A stretch of 64,000 nt of DNA, taken from the NCBI GenBank assembly GCA_038890615.1, contig JAWAFI010000001.1, forward strand, positions 368,843 to 432,842. Reading direction: 5' to 3'. Positions 1 to 9,151 of this stretch are shown piece after piece. Under the pieces are notes generated by a model. The model made no database searches, had not been told where the DNA came from, and saw only the letters and a list, made by a program, of their open reading frames with translations. A program made the translations under genes and the position numbers. Within the stretch, counting starts at the first letter, position 1. The number at the start of each line of letters is the position of its first letter. The DNA is from Candidatus Anstonellales archaeon (GTDB lineage: Archaea; Micrarchaeota; Micrarchaeia; Anstonellales; J096).

Positions 1-2
1 TT

Positions 3-404
3 ATAGCAACAGATGTTGCAGCAAGGGGCATTGACATCTCAAGCATTGACCTTGTAATCAACTACGACATCCCGGAGGATTCTGACTCTTACATACACAA
101 GGTAGGAAGGACTGCAAGGGCTGATGAGAAAGGGGAGGCAGTGAGCATAATCTCCAACATGGAAGAGCATAGGAGGATTGAGGAATACTCTTTCAGGACA
201 AGGGCGCCGATAGAAGAGATAAAGGTTGCTGACTCTTACAAAGGGCGCGAGTATTATGAGCCAAGGCAGGAGGACATCGTGTTGAGGAGGCCAACCTTTG
301 GCGTTGTTGAGAGGCGCAGAAGCACAGGCTCACACAAAAGAAGAGTTTATGGAAGGACCCAAAGTGGCAGGGGCCATGGCCACGCAAGGGGAAGGCGTGG
401 CTAA
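3..404 (+). CDS. DEAD/DEAH-box RNA helicase, C-terminal part (truncated by window start)
   Basis: Frame from nt 3 reads [12 protein letters not shown] (motif V)...NYDIP...[11 protein letters not shown] (motif VI), then an Arg/Gly-rich tail. Confidence 0.9.
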   Translation: MATDVAARGIDISSIDLVINYDIPEDSDSYIHKVGRTARADEKGEAVSIISNMEEHRRIEEYSFRTRAPIEEIKVADSYKGREYYEPRQEDIVLRRPTFGVVERRRSTGSHKRRVYGRTQSGRGHGHARGRRG

Positions 405-408
405 AGAA

Positions 409-1359
409 TCACCCTAAGATATAATTGAAGAAGTATCCAGTAAGTACAAACGAAATGAAAAGGCTAACCACAAAGATTGCAAGAAGCTTTGGCTTAAGCA
501 CCTTCCGCAGTATTATTATTTCAGGGAGGGAAAGCCCTATAACACTCATCATGAATGCAAGCGCAGTTCCTATGGCGACCCCTTTTGAAATAAGGACTCC
601 AATTATTGGAATCATGCCTGCTGCGTTTGAGTAAAGGGGTATTCCTACAAGCACTGCTAGAGGCACTGCCAGAGGGTTGTCCTTTCCTGCTACTGAAGCA
701 AGGAAGTCACCAGGGGCATAGCCATGTATTATCCCTCCTATTCCAATACCAACTAAAAGGTAAGGCAACACCCTCGTTGTTATGTCCTTTGATTCAGAAA
801 TTCCAAATCTAACCCTTTCCTTCCAATTCATCTGCTTTTCAACAACCTCATTTGCCTTTATCTTGTATACAAAGTCTTCAACTTCGCTTTCAAGGCCCAT
901 CCTGCCTATGGCTATCCCCGTAGCTGATGCAATGATAATTCCGCTGCCTATGTAAAGTGTTGCAATCTCCCATCCAAACATGGCCAGAAGCATTGTTGCT
1001 GCAACCTCATTTATCAATGGGGACGCTATCAGGAAAGAAAAGGTTACGCCTAGTGGAACCCCTGCCTCTACAAAGCCAATGAAAAGAGGAACTGCGGAGC
1101 AGGAGCAAAAAGGTGTAGGTACCCCAAGTAACGCTGCCATCACATTCCCAATCCCTTCTCTCTTCCCCCCAAGCCATTTCTTCACCTTTTTAGGGGTAAT
1201 GAAAGTCCTTGCTATGCCTATAAAAAACACAACTGCTGCAAGAAGCAAGGTCACCTTTATTGAGTCATAAACAAAGAAGTTTATTGCAGAACCAAGGCTG
1301 CTTTCTTCTGATAGCCCAAGCAATGAATAGGTTAACCAATCCGCAAACTCCTTTATCAT
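409..1359 (-). CDS. ArsP/DUF318-family permease
   Basis: Multi-TM protein with TPFCSCS, SPLINE and GIPLYSN motifs; downstream of arsR and a small thioredoxin. Confidence 0.9.
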   Translation of the reverse strand: MIKEFADWLTYSLLGLSEESSLGSAINFFVYDSIKVTLLLAAVVFFIGIARTFITPKKVKKWLGGKREGIGNVMAALLGVPTPFCSCSAVPLFIGFVEAGVPLGVTFSFLIASPLINEVAATMLLAMFGWEIATLYIGSGIIIASATGIAIGRMGLESEVEDFVYKIKANEVVEKQMNWKERVRFGISESKDITTRVLPYLLVGIGIGGIIHGYAPGDFLASVAGKDNPLAVPLAVLVGIPLYSNAAGMIPIIGVLISKGVAIGTALAFMMSVIGLSLPEIIILRKVLKPKLLAIFVVSLFISFVLTGYFFNYILG

Positions 1360-1595
1360 TTGGCACCCTCTACTATCCTCCTAAGCTCCTCTACCTCCGG
1401 AATACTTCCTTGGCAAACAATTTCACTATCTATCACCAGCGCCGGGGTTGAAATCACCCCGTATTCTGCGATCTTTTCATAGTCCTGCACCTTCTCTATA
1501 TCTGCTTTTACTCCTGCAAGGTCAAGAGCTCTCTTTACATTTTCCTCAAGCATTCTACATCTTTTGCACCCGATTCCCAATACCTTTATTTTCAT
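1356..1595 (-). CDS. Small redox-active disulfide (thioredoxin-family) protein
   Basis: MKIKVLGIGCKRC CxxC, YGVISTPALVID; ATG at 1595 after GGTGG RBS-like site. Confidence 0.9.
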   Translation of the reverse strand: MKIKVLGIGCKRCRMLEENVKRALDLAGVKADIEKVQDYEKIAEYGVISTPALVIDSEIVCQGSIPEVEELRRIVEGAK

Positions 1596-1596
1596 A

Positions 1597-1839
1597 TTAC
1601 CACCTAGCAATATCTTTGAGCACATTCAACCCTTTTTTGGATAGGGAATAAATTCTTCTTGACCCCTCCTCCCTAACCTTTACCAACCCAGCCTCTAGGA
1701 GAACTTTTAGATGCTGGGAACAAGCCGGCTGGCTTACCTTAAGGTGACTTAGAAGTCTGCATGCGCACTCTTCACCCTTGGCTAGCCTTTTCATTATTTT
1801 AAGCCTGTTTATATCAGCAACTGCCTTCAGCACTTTCAT
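1597..1839 (-). CDS. ArsR/SmtB-family transcriptional repressor
   Basis: ECAC metal-site motif, SQPACSQHLKVL..AGLV winged HTH. Confidence 0.9.
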   Translation of the reverse strand: MKVLKAVADINRLKIMKRLAKGEECACRLLSHLKVSQPACSQHLKVLLEAGLVKVREEGSRRIYSLSKKGLNVLKDIARW

Positions 1840-1845
1840 TTAATT

Positions 1846-1867
1846 CATATAAGTATAAACTTATATG
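1846..1867. promoter_or_regulatory. Putative ArsR operator (perfect 9-4-9 inverted repeat)
   Basis: CATATAAGT-ataa-ACTTATATG lies between an AT-rich TATA-like box (~1868-1876) and the arsR ATG at 1839. Confidence 0.75.
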
Positions 1868-1881
1868 TTTTTAAAACTTTG

Positions 1882-3009
1882 TTAATAAAGCGTTTCCTCT
1901 ATCTTATAGAATTTCTCAGAAATGGGCCCAACAAGGAAGAAGGAGCCAAAAACAAGCACGCGCTCATGCTCCAATGCTTTTTCTAATGCCTTCCACATGT
2001 CTGGCTCTGCAGAGCATCCTAGCTTATCAGCAATCTCGCTAGCAGGCGTGCATTCCATAGGCCCTGGGAATTCAGTTGCTATTATCTCCTTTGCTTTTTT
2101 AGGCATGAAAATATTTTCAACTTTTTTTCCTTTTCTGCATGCGAACACAACTGCCAAGTCCTTTTCCTTGTAGCAGTCAATATGCCTGCTTACCTTTTCC
2201 CAGCCTGCAGGATTCTTGGCCACATCAAGTATTATCCCGCCAACCCTTTCAAACCTGCCATGGAGCTTTGCGCTGGCAATACCCTTTTCGATTGCATCAC
2301 CCCCAACCCCAATGATTCTGCACAATGCTGATGCAATTGCTGCGTTATCCTTCTGCCAAGGCCCTTCCATCCCTATTTTGCCAAAATAAGGGGCAGGCCA
2401 GATAACCTTTCCTCGCATTTTCCTTATCTCTTCAAGCGCCTCCCCTTGCTCAAGGGTTATTGCTGTTATGCCTTCTTTGATTATCCCTGCCTTCTCTTTT
2501 GCTACTTCCCTTAAAGTGCTTCCCAATATATCCTCATGATCCATTGAAACTGATGTAATTGCCACAGCCTTTTGCTTGCTTATTGATGTAGGGTCATGTG
2601 CCCCTCCTACACCTGCCTCTACCACTGCATAATCAACCCCTTCATCTGCGAAGTAGAGATATGCCATAGCTGTGAGATGCTCAAAGAATGAGAGGTTTCC
2701 TGCTTGCTTAACTTCCTCAAACAATGAGCAGAACCTCTTTTCCCCAATTAGTTTCCTGTTCACGACAATCCTTTCAAGGAGTGTCTGCAAGTGGGGGGAC
2801 ATGAAGAGGCCTGCCTTTAACCCATCTGCCTCCATTGAAGAATGCACCATCGCAGCAACAGAGCCCTTCCCATTAGTCCCAACAATATTGACTGCATCAA
2901 ATTTTTCCTGCGGGTCCCCAAGGTTCTTCAATGCCTTCCTAAACCTCTCTAAATCTGTGCCCATCTTAGGCATTGAGTAAAGAAAATCTCTTACCTCTTC
3001 AAAGCCCAT
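1882..3009 (-). CDS. folC: Folylpolyglutamate synthase/dihydrofolate synthase family
   Basis: VGTNGKGSV P-loop, SPHL, ERI, VEAGVGG..DPT, DHEDILG, EKAGI, GRFE, FGSFFL. Confidence 0.9.
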   Translation of the reverse strand: MGFEEVRDFLYSMPKMGTDLERFRKALKNLGDPQEKFDAVNIVGTNGKGSVAAMVHSSMEADGLKAGLFMSPHLQTLLERIVVNRKLIGEKRFCSLFEEVKQAGNLSFFEHLTAMAYLYFADEGVDYAVVEAGVGGAHDPTSISKQKAVAITSVSMDHEDILGSTLREVAKEKAGIIKEGITAITLEQGEALEEIRKMRGKVIWPAPYFGKIGMEGPWQKDNAAIASALCRIIGVGGDAIEKGIASAKLHGRFERVGGIILDVAKNPAGWEKVSRHIDCYKEKDLAVVFACRKGKKVENIFMPKKAKEIIATEFPGPMECTPASEIADKLGCSAEPDMWKALEKALEHERVLVFGSFFLVGPISEKFYKIEETLY

Positions 3010-3484
3010 AAAAATCCCTTCGCAATGATGCAATTGCACATATGCCTGTAATTAGGAGAGCTGCAGCAAGAGGGCATGCTCCACCAGGCCCTTTGCCCTT
3101 GTCAATCACATTGTCAACAGACAAGAAGTAGCCGCTGAACCACTCATCTCCCCTGAATTGCATGCTGCCGCTTATCCTGCCGCCTGCATAAAATGGGTTT
3201 GCCTCATATTCCTCCTTGCCTACAATTATTTTTGATTCCTTTGAGCGGCTTATGTATTCCCAGTCGCATCCCCTACCATTGACATACTCCTGCGTAGTAT
3301 AATTTTCTATATTGAGCTTGACAGAGTAGTACTCTATTCGGCGCTTTTCCCCAAACATACTGTTTATCTTCTGTTGCACATGCTCTACAGAAGCCACTTC
3401 AGCAGTTATGCTGCAAATAGGCATTGGAGCAGCAGGAACTGCCCAGGCGAAGCCCAAGAGCAAAAGGGCAACAGCATATTTCAT
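2999..3484 (-). CDS. Hypothetical secreted protein with C-terminal Cys + TM tail
   Basis: N-terminal signal peptide; C-terminal GPGGACPLAAALLITGICAIASLRR. Confidence 0.7.
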   Translation of the reverse strand: MKYAVALLLLGFAWAVPAAPMPICSITAEVASVEHVQQKINSMFGEKRRIEYYSVKLNIENYTTQEYVNGRGCDWEYISRSKESKIIVGKEEYEANPFYAGGRISGSMQFRGDEWFSGYFLSVDNVIDKGKGPGGACPLAAALLITGICAIASLRRDFYGL

Positions 3485-3626
3485 GCCTTTCCTTGTGCAT
3501 TACCATTTTAAACCCTTACAGAACCTTTAACCCACCATCTAACTTAATTCAACCATTAACAGTCAATCTCCAACACATTACCTGTTTTAGGCATACATTT
3601 TTAAACAAAATACCACAAACAAAATT

Positions 3627-3998
3627 ATGGGGGAACTTCAGTATAGGTTAAGAAGAGGGCGACCTATAGACACTGTTAAGCTTCCAATGCCATTGCTTGA
3701 CAGTGGAGCAGTAGGGAATGAGATATTTGCAAAGAAAGTAGAGAATTTGATAGCCAGCAGGGTGATTCCAAGGGAAGATGCAAGGGCTCCATTAATCGCA
3801 TTGCGAAACAACAACAGGCAGATGGCTCTGGAATCCATAAAGGGGCTCCTAATGTCCCCTGATCCTGACAAAGTAAGCTCAGGTATAGAACTTGCAAGGG
3901 CTTGCAAGGCAACTGAGCTCAGCCACATGATTAAACCACTGGAGAGAAGCCCTGCCCACGCAGAGAAGGCAAAATTTGCACTCAGGGACCTTTCTTAG
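3627..3998 (+). CDS. Hypothetical protein, possibly HEAT-like helical
   Basis: 123-aa ORF with upstream TTTTTAAA TATA-like box; no recognised family. Confidence 0.6.
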   Translation: MGELQYRLRRGRPIDTVKLPMPLLDSGAVGNEIFAKKVENLIASRVIPREDARAPLIALRNNNRQMALESIKGLLMSPDPDKVSSGIELARACKATELSHMIKPLERSPAHAEKAKFALRDLS

Positions 3999-4031
3999 CA
4001 TCCTTTTTAGTAAACTACTTTTAAGGAATGC

Positions 4032-5324
4032 TTAACCTTCTTCTATCTCTTCTATGGATTCCTTTAGCTTCCTTTCCTTGTCTGCTATTATTCTAACATT
4101 CCCTATATCTTTCCTCCCCCATACTCCGCTTATGCCTTTCTCTGCATTGGCTATCTTTGAATATGCTTCCTCAAGAGTATTTCCCTCTGCATAGAGTACT
4201 AATGACCTGCCCTTCCCTGAGTAAAGCGCCCTGTTTGCTTCGCTTACATTGTGGTGCAGGAGCAAAGCCCCTGACCTTATTATCTCCATCTCATTTATCT
4301 TTACCTCCCTTGGCTGGGTTATCTTTGGGAAGCCAACAGGCACATATACCTTGGCTATGCTCGCCCTGTTTTTGAATTCCAACTCAAACGGCTCTTCATT
4401 CGCCATCCTAACTACAACATCCACCAAGTCCCCATTTATGAGCGAGAGCGCATTTATTCCATCAGGGACCCAGATTGCAGGCACCATCGTTTCAAACGAA
4501 ATGTTTTTGCCTACATGCCAGCCAAACTTGGCAACACCCTTGTAGCCGTGCTCAAGGAGCTTTTTGGATGCCCTCTTGACCGCATCATAAACTTCCTCTT
4601 TTTGTGCTTCGCTAAGGAAAAAGAGCTGCTCTGCAGTATAGCTGCCCATCCCTTTTGTCCCAGGCCCCTGGTTTTCCTCGTAAAGCCTGTTCTCGCTGTA
4701 AATTATTGGGGAAAATTTCATGCTCTTCCCGTTGCTGAACCCGTAAACCGCGAATGCCTGCCCTGTCTCCCTCCCTCTTAAATAAGCTTCCCCGTGCTTT
4801 GATATAACCTTGGCAATAGCCTTCTTTGCTATCGTTGTGCTGTCTTTCTTGTGGTTCCAAAAGTAGTAGTCAAAGTAGCCCTTCATCTTCACTGGCGATA
4901 TGAATACAGAACCTATTTCTTTTGCAAAAGAAAGCGCCTCATCAACGTCTTTTGTTATTTTATGTGGCAAGTGATGCTTAGTGGAGCTTTCTATTATCTC
5001 TGAAAGTTTTTCCCTGTCGGTGCAGCATTCGCACTGCTCTTTTGTTGCTGTAGCTACCTTTACGCCAACCTTCTCAAGGGCATCTGCAAACCCTGCGCTT
5101 ATCGATGGCCAGTCTGTGATTATGCTGTACTCTATGCCTTCCTTGAGAGCCCACAGCGCTGCAGCGCTAGGCGTTATTTTTTCAAATATGAAACTCTTTG
5201 TTGCTATCCTCATTGCCCCTGGGTTTGGCCTTCTTGCAAGCACAAACACCTCTGCTGTTTTTGCGCATGCCCTTGTCAATACATGAACACTTGCCCCGCC
5301 CCTGCCTGCGCACATTATCTTCAT
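4032..5324 (-). CDS. Divergent phosphoribosylamine-glycine ligase (PurD)-like ATP-grasp protein
   Basis: MKIMCAGRGG, NPG, GPGTKGMGSY, GRSLVL, RKDIG follow the PurD layout, but key motifs are degenerate. Confidence 0.7.
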   Translation of the reverse strand: MKIMCAGRGGASVHVLTRACAKTAEVFVLARRPNPGAMRIATKSFIFEKITPSAAALWALKEGIEYSIITDWPSISAGFADALEKVGVKVATATKEQCECCTDREKLSEIIESSTKHHLPHKITKDVDEALSFAKEIGSVFISPVKMKGYFDYYFWNHKKDSTTIAKKAIAKVISKHGEAYLRGRETGQAFAVYGFSNGKSMKFSPIIYSENRLYEENQGPGTKGMGSYTAEQLFFLSEAQKEEVYDAVKRASKKLLEHGYKGVAKFGWHVGKNISFETMVPAIWVPDGINALSLINGDLVDVVVRMANEEPFELEFKNRASIAKVYVPVGFPKITQPREVKINEMEIIRSGALLLHHNVSEANRALYSGKGRSLVLYAEGNTLEEAYSKIANAEKGISGVWGRKDIGNVRIIADKERKLKESIEEIEEG

Positions 5325-5410
5325 TTGCCCCCCTCCAGAATTTTTTCAATGAATCCAATAACCCTGAAAGCTAATGAGCTCCTGCATTCCTTCAATACTT
5401 CAAACTTCAT
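5321..5410 (-). CDS. Small 29-aa ORF (MKFEVLKECRSSLAFRVIGFIEKILEGGK), not in ORF track
   Basis: Fills the gap between the MBL gene and the PurD-like gene; its TGA overlaps the PurD-like ATG (ATGA). Confidence 0.45.
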   Translation of the reverse strand: MKFEVLKECRSSLAFRVIGFIEKILEGGK

Positions 5411-5414
5411 TTTC

Positions 5415-6404
5415 TTATTCATAGACAACTGAATAGCCTGATGCATTTACTGTTACAATTACTGTGCCTCCTTTGAAGGTCTCATACAACGCTATTCCTT
5501 TTGTGTTCAGCTTATTCTCTATGCTGTACCTGCTGTTTGTTGGTTCGTATGAGGAGCCAGTGATCACTGCCTTCTCAGGCGAAACCTTAAGCAGGAAGAT
5601 GTCTGTTGCGGCAGTGCCAAACCCAGTGCCGTAGTATGGCACCTCAAGGACCTTGCAACCTATTTCTTTGTCAAACTTGTTGGCAAGGTATCCCTGTGCC
5701 CCTCCAAGTATGTTTCCAGTAAGGAGTATGCACGAGCCCCTGTCCCTTATTGCCACAACAATGCCATTGTTCTCCTTCTCTTCCTCCTTGGTTGAGAACA
5801 CAAAGGTGCCGTCTTCTTTCACGTTTGGGTTGTACACAGTTATTTCCATCCCATTTATGCTGTAAGCCTTGGGGTGCCTTACCTTTTCGTAGATCCTTGC
5901 CTTTGCTTTTGCATAAGCTACATTGCCTTCATCGTCCCCTATCCCATTTGTCCACATGCTTTCAATTACGAACTTATCAGCAACTGCTTTGAGCTCATCA
6001 GTCCTGCCAGCAACGCTGTTGCTAACTATAAGGAGTTCAATGTCATCTGCACCTAATGCCTTTATCTTGTCAGCTGTCCCTTCAACCCCAGCGTCAAAAA
6101 GTATGTCAACATCACCTTTCTTTATGTATACTGTTTCCCTGTGCCTGTTGTCATCTGTCTTGAAGAAGTAAACCTTCATTGTGCTTTCAGGGTTGTAAAC
6201 ATAGCCGACAGTGTAATTGCTGCCTTCCACTTCGCCTGAATAATTTGCCTGCCCCCCTACTGTTGAGTTCTGTTGCTCTCCAAGCGTTATTTCGAACTGG
6301 AGGTTTTTCTTTCCACTGCTGCTGCCTCCGCCATCACTTGGTTGCGAAGTGCAGCCAAACATCGCTGCAGCCAAAATAATTAGCAAGATGAATTGCACCC
6401 TCAT
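5415..6404 (-). CDS. ComEC/Rec2-like metallo-beta-lactamase-fold lipoprotein, metal ligands lost
   Basis: Signal peptide + FGC; MKVYF, ILFDAG, ENNGIVV, LLTGN, KVSPEKAVIT; no HxHxDH. Confidence 0.75.
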   Translation of the reverse strand: MRVQFILLIILAAAMFGCTSQPSDGGGSSSGKKNLQFEITLGEQQNSTVGGQANYSGEVEGSNYTVGYVYNPESTMKVYFFKTDDNRHRETVYIKKGDVDILFDAGVEGTADKIKALGADDIELLIVSNSVAGRTDELKAVADKFVIESMWTNGIGDDEGNVAYAKAKARIYEKVRHPKAYSINGMEITVYNPNVKEDGTFVFSTKEEEKENNGIVVAIRDRGSCILLTGNILGGAQGYLANKFDKEIGCKVLEVPYYGTGFGTAATDIFLLKVSPEKAVITGSSYEPTNSRYSIENKLNTKGIALYETFKGGTVIVTVNASGYSVVYE

Positions 6405-6441
6405 GCATTAAGATGCACTATTAGGTTTAAATACTGAACGG

Positions 6442-7746
6442 TCAGTTGCCCATCAGGACCTGGTATGCTTTGCTTCCTTTGCTTACATAAACCCCCTTAA
6501 GCTTTGGATCAGCCATTCCAACCCAGTCAAGCACTACCCCATCCTTGCCATCTTCAAGCACAACCTCCCATTCCAGCTCTGAAAATTCCAAGCTCTTTGT
6601 GCACCACCCTTGGCCTATTTTGGCATTCCAGAGTATTGCAAGGTCTTCCTCCCCATAAACCCTTTCTCCCATTGCCATTGCCATCTTTTCATTGCTGCAG
6701 CTTCCTTTGTCAAGCTTGCATATCACCAGCCTTATCTTGTCAGCGCTATCGTTTACTAGAATGGATGTTCCCTCAAAGGCAAACTGATTTTCCCCAACCC
6801 TAACAAAGCCCTTGCCCTCTTGGAATTCGCACCCAACAGGGTTTAGCACAACCCTCTCCCTTTCCTTCCCTAGGCAGAGCTTTGAGGAATGCGTTTCATT
6901 GTTGTACTCCAAGCAGGTGGTCAGATAAGTTGAGTTCCCGAATGGAATGCTTAGTGGTCTTAGTTTTGCTTCCCCTCCTAAGCCGCTCATTGCAGGTATT
7001 GGGTCTTTCATTATTATCCTGACCCCTCCTTCCTCAAGGTCTTCCTCCCCTGCATACTCCTTTCTATTCAAGGGGTCGCTGATTGCAAAAGTGAATGAAG
7101 GCGGCTTGGGCTTTTGCCTCTCTACAGAGGTAGCTTCCACTACAAACACCAGCTCATCTTCAGTTGCCTCAAACCTGAAAACAAGCCCGCTTGTCCCAAA
7201 AAGCTCAATCTCCTTTCTGTCTTCTACCTCAATGAAGCTGCCATCCATATAAACCTCAACCCTTCTCATCCCAGTATCGCTTACAGCCCTCCTTATCCTC
7301 CATTTTGAGTCCTTGAAAATCACCCCATCAACAAGCATTATTGAATTCCCTTCTGTGCTTTTTAGCACATCAAAGCATCCTTGGGCACACACTGAAAGCA
7401 AGGAATATTCCTTGCCAAGGAACATCACATTTATGCATTCCTCTGGGTATTCAGCATAGTAAACTGCCTCTAACAATGCCCCCCTGCCCCTAATCACTGC
7501 AGGCACAAGCCTTATGCCTTGCTTTTCTTTTCCTGAGCACCCTCCTTCAAGCATGCTCAAGCTCTCCCCATCAAGCTCAACAGGGCTGAATCTGCCTTCA
7601 TATGCCCTTACCACTACAACGTCCTGCTTTCCTTCTGTTGCGCTTGTATTTTGGCCAATGCTTCTATTGGCGCTATTCCCATCTTCAGGCTGTACGCATC
7701 CCAAAAAAGCCAGCGCAAGACCAAGCGCAACCAAAAGCCATCTCAT
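6442..7746 (-). CDS. Hypothetical secreted/lipoprotein, beta-rich surface-protein-like
   Basis: MRWLLVALGLALAFLGC signal/lipobox; several N-x-S/T sequons. Confidence 0.65.
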   Translation of the reverse strand: MRWLLVALGLALAFLGCVQPEDGNSANRSIGQNTSATEGKQDVVVVRAYEGRFSPVELDGESLSMLEGGCSGKEKQGIRLVPAVIRGRGALLEAVYYAEYPEECINVMFLGKEYSLLSVCAQGCFDVLKSTEGNSIMLVDGVIFKDSKWRIRRAVSDTGMRRVEVYMDGSFIEVEDRKEIELFGTSGLVFRFEATEDELVFVVEATSVERQKPKPPSFTFAISDPLNRKEYAGEEDLEEGGVRIIMKDPIPAMSGLGGEAKLRPLSIPFGNSTYLTTCLEYNNETHSSKLCLGKERERVVLNPVGCEFQEGKGFVRVGENQFAFEGTSILVNDSADKIRLVICKLDKGSCSNEKMAMAMGERVYGEEDLAILWNAKIGQGWCTKSLEFSELEWEVVLEDGKDGVVLDWVGMADPKLKGVYVSKGSKAYQVLMGN

Positions 7747-7821
7747 TGGCATTAATTCGTGGGCATAATTTAAAAACCTTCCAAACAAAAACCATTTTAA
7801 ACCAGAAGCGCAACTTTCTCC

Positions 7822-8886
7822 ATGGCTCTCAAAGAGCTTCAAATAAGGATGCTCCTCTTGGCACTTCTGCTGCTCAGCCCTTTATGGGCAGCCCGCCTTT
7901 ATGGCTCAATATCAATACCCGAGGGCTCAATGGTGCATAATGCAACCCTTCTCATAAAAGGGGAGGGATTCTCCTACCTCTATTCCCTCTACGGAAAGCA
8001 AAACTATTCACTTGAGCTTCCAGAGGGCAACTATACCATAACTGCTGAATTCGTCTCAGCTGATGGCTTGCTGCTCTATTCATTCTCCAACAAGACCTCG
8101 CTCTCACAAGACACAAAGCTTGACATCCTCTTTGTGCCCCCAAAAGAGGAGTTTCCTTATTGGCTTATCATACTTGTATTTTTCCTTATGCTTGTTGCGC
8201 TTTTCTTTTTCTACCAGCGCTACCAAGAGGAGCAGTGGAGGTATTACCAAGAGGCGCAGAGGCAGAGCCAGCTCGATGCAGAGACGCCTAAATCCCCGGA
8301 AGATGAGCCCAAAAAGGCAAAGGAGAGCAAGCCAGCAGCCAAGAAGGAAGCAAAGGCAAGGAATGCCATTAAAGAGGAAAAGAAGGAGCCAAAGGAAGAG
8401 GAGGGCAAGGCACATAAGGAAAAGATTGAAGAAATAAAGAAGGGCCCAAAGGAAGAGAAAGAGGAAAAGCCAGAGCCCATTGCATCATTTGAGGTTGAGT
8501 TTGAAGGCGAGGAAAAGCAGGAAAGGCCAAAGGAGAGCGAGCTGCCCTCTGATTCTCGTAAGCTCATCCTTGAGCTGAAGCTGCACAGAGGAAGGATGCT
8601 GAAGAAGGACCTAAAGAGAATCCTCAAGTACCCTGATTCAACCCTTGACCTTGTGCTTGCAGAGCTGGAGGATTACGGCTTCATAAAAGTAAGCAAGGAG
8701 GGAAAAGAGAAGGTTGTTGCCCTTTCAGGCATTGAAGAGGAAAATAAGCCAACACAAAGGCCAGCCCCTTCCAAGGAGCCAAAAGCCCAAAGAGCAAAAG
8801 CAGGCAAGAGCCGGGAAAGGCTGCCAGTGAAAAAGCCAGCAAAGAAAAAGCCAAGCAAAAGAAGAAAGGCAAAGCATAAAAAGTAG
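7822..8886 (+). CDS. Membrane protein: extracellular beta domain, TM, K/E-rich linker, cytoplasmic winged-HTH and basic tail
   Basis: Signal peptide, YSLELPEGNYTITA, TM FPYWLIILVFFL..., DSTLDLVLAELEDYGFIKVSKEGK wHTH. Confidence 0.75.
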   Translation: MALKELQIRMLLLALLLLSPLWAARLYGSISIPEGSMVHNATLLIKGEGFSYLYSLYGKQNYSLELPEGNYTITAEFVSADGLLLYSFSNKTSLSQDTKLDILFVPPKEEFPYWLIILVFFLMLVALFFFYQRYQEEQWRYYQEAQRQSQLDAETPKSPEDEPKKAKESKPAAKKEAKARNAIKEEKKEPKEEEGKAHKEKIEEIKKGPKEEKEEKPEPIASFEVEFEGEEKQERPKESELPSDSRKLILELKLHRGRMLKKDLKRILKYPDSTLDLVLAELEDYGFIKVSKEGKEKVVALSGIEEENKPTQRPAPSKEPKAQRAKAGKSRERLPVKKPAKKKPSKRRKAKHKK

Positions 8887-8961
8887 CGGGCTCGGAGGGA
8901 TTTGAACCCCCGACCTACACCTTAGGAGAGTGCCGCGCTATCCAGGCTGCGCTACGAGCCC
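8887..8961 (-). tRNA. tRNA-Arg(CCT)
   Basis: Reverse complement GGGCTCGTAGCGCAGCCTGGATAGCGCG-GCACT-CTCCTAA-GGTGT-AGGTCGGGGGTTCAAATCCCTCCGAGCCCG folds as a cloverleaf. Confidence 0.95.
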
Positions 8962-8988
8962 AAAAAAGAGCTTAATTAAGTTAGTTGA

Positions 8989-9099
8989 TTACTCCTCTTC
9001 CTCGTCTTCCCACTCTTCCTCCTCTTCTTCAAGCTCTTCCTCCTCTTCCTCCTCGTCTTCCCAGTCTTCTTCATCTTCGTCATCCAGGTCTGCAAACAT
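8989..9099 (-). CDS. 36-aa hyperacidic small protein (MFADLDDEDEEDWEDEEEEEEELEEEEEEWEDEEEE), not in ORF track
   Basis: AGGTGA RBS 5 nt before ATG, upstream TTTAAA-type boxes, clean TAA stop, mixed GAA/GAG/GAC/GAT codons. Confidence 0.7.
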   Translation of the reverse strand: MFADLDDEDEEDWEDEEEEEEELEEEEEEWEDEEEE

Positions 9100-9151
9100 A
9101 CTTATCACCTATGCTTTAAAGAATTAGAAACCATTAAATAGCTATCGCGGG

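Noticed and set aside
8930..9127. Poly-Ser ORF on + strand
   Set aside because: Overlaps tRNA-Arg and is the antisense shadow of the acidic peptide, which has the RBS
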